Source: Octopus bimaculoides
Taxonomy: Eukaryota
Assembly (NCBI RefSeq): GCF_001194135.2
Contig: NC_068981.1
Location: forward strand, 133,643,661 to 133,707,660
Direction: 5' to 3'
Length of the DNA: 64,000 nucleotides
The notes below the pieces were generated by a model. That model saw only the letters and a list, made by a program, of their open reading frames with translations. It had not been told where the DNA came from and searched no databases. Each line of letters begins with the position of its first letter. Position 1 is the first letter of the stretch. Positions 62,490-64,000 of this stretch are shown one piece after another. The position numbers and the translations under genes were made by a program.

Positions 62490-63398
62490 GGATCTTTCTG
62501 ATTTGGCGGACACCATTTGTTTTCTAACGAAATACTTTCAAACTTGGGACACTGGTAGAATGTGTCATATAAAACCTCTTTTACTCTTAGTGTTGTTGAG
62601 AAAAGTTTATATTTTTAAAGTTATTTCGTGTTAAAATTGCCGTATTTCGGTAACTTCAACCAATCACTGACGTCTATTGAGGTGAAAACAATTACTGCTG
62701 TGGTTTGTCAACAACACGTTCAGGCGGTGTAATGGGATCTTTTCCCTTGAATAATATGACTGCCGTTGTTTCTCAACAACTATCGGCGGTACTGTTATTT
62801 ATGACATCGTTCGAGCGTTTGTACTGGCTTTAGCTTTAGGGTCTTAAGGTTAGGGTTCGGGTTTTAGAGTTAGGGTTAGGGTTAGGGTTTTAGGGTTAGG
62901 GTTAGGGCTATGAGTATTTTGGCCAAATTTGGTGAAAAATTTGTGGCGGTGTATTGAACAGATTTTCACCAAATTTGGCAAAAATACTCATAGCCCTAAC
63001 CCTAACCCTAAAACCCTAACCCTAACCCTAACTCTAAAACCCAAACCCTAACCCTAAGACCCTAAAGCTAAAACCAGTACAAACGCACGAACGATATCAT
63101 AAATAACAGTACCGCCGATAGTTGTTGTTGACAAACAACGGCAGTCATTTTATTCAAGGGAAAAGATCCCATTACACCGCCACAGCAGTAATTGTTTTCA
63201 CCTCAATAGATGTCAGTGATTGGTTGAAATTACCGAAATACGACAACTTTTAACATGAAATAACTTCGAATATAAAATTTTTTCTCTGTTCTATAAGACA
63301 AAATATACAAGTATACGAATTTTTAAAGTGTTTCGGTAGAAAACACACTAAATAAAAACTAGATGAAAAAAATGGTGTCCGCCAAATCAGAACGATCC
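62490..63398. mobile_element. 909-bp foldback DNA transposon with telomere-like repeats in both arms
   Basis: Terminal 29 bp GGATC(T/G)TTCTGATTTGGCGGACACCATTT inverted at both ends (28/29). Flanks AAGGAAAA and AAGGAAGA form a 7/8 TSD. Arms pair up to a ~21-nt loop (62941-62961). Confidence 0.9.
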
Positions 63399-63465
63399 AA
63401 GGAAGAAGTTCTTCTCAGAATAAAGAATGAAAAAATCGACAGGAAGATGTTAGTATTCGGAAGAG

Positions 63466-63640
63466 ATAATCATTTCAAATTTTTGGCACAAGGCGAGTAA
63501 TTTTAAGGGAAGAGGCAAGTTGATTACACCGACCCTGTTGCTCAATGAAAGACAAGTCGACCTCAGCGGCATTTGAACTCAAAACATAAAACCGGAAGGA
63601 ATGCTACTAAGCATTTTGTCCGGCATGCTAACGATTCTGA
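63466..63640 (-). mobile_element. SINE family A, diverged
   Basis: GGCACAAGG tail, AAGTCGACCTCAGCGGCATTTGAACTC and CATGCTAACGATTCTG. Confidence 0.75.
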
Positions 63641-63882
63641 ATAATGCATATTATTATCGCTGTTGTTGAAACTTTAGTGGTTAGTCTTCATCACCACTAT
63701 GACAGTCATCAGCAACCACAGGATGGCCTGACTGGTATATATAAGATATCATTAGCGAAGAACGTTCGACACGAAAGGAAAAAATGTGAAGACTTCAAAG
63801 TAAAGTTGCTGCGTTTGACTAGCGATAATTTGCATCTTAACTTGCTAAAAATATCTGTTTCTTTCTTTCTCTCTTTCTTTCC

Positions 63883-63998
<116 letters not shown>

Positions 63999-64000
63999 GT

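Noticed and set aside
62780-63100. True ancestral telomere-telomere fusion site
   Set aside because: The arrays are short, mirror each other variant by variant, and sit inside TIRs with a TSD, which fits a transposon better.

Overview
Eukaryotic, AT-rich, repeat-saturated window with many N gaps, most flanked by microsatellites. No host gene can be supported. The repeat repertoire looks like an octopus or other cephalopod draft assembly (inference). The sequence is mostly tRNA-headed SINEs (three main families, about 30 copies), simple repeats and decayed transposons: Tc1/mariner DD41D and DD37D, Tigger-like MITEs, Helitron/Helentron-like elements, Tx1/L1-like ORF1, R4/Dong-like, RTE, Penelope-like and Gypsy. 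Most ORFs in the supplied track are microsatellite or N-gap artefacts. Best observations: (1) a complete type I hammerhead ribozyme at 18934-18992; (2) a 909-bp foldback element with an 8-bp TSD whose arms carry head-to-head telomere-like TTAGGG/CCCTAA arrays (62490-63398); (3) a 5'-intact Tx1-like LINE inside a Helentron-like element; (4) an RTE copy with twin-priming-type 5' inversion; (5) a 241-bp locally templated insertion inside a mariner; (6) three stacked R4/Dong-like fragments joined at TAA/CAA microsatellites. Family names come from motif recognition only; no database search was run. SINE and relic boundaries are approximate.
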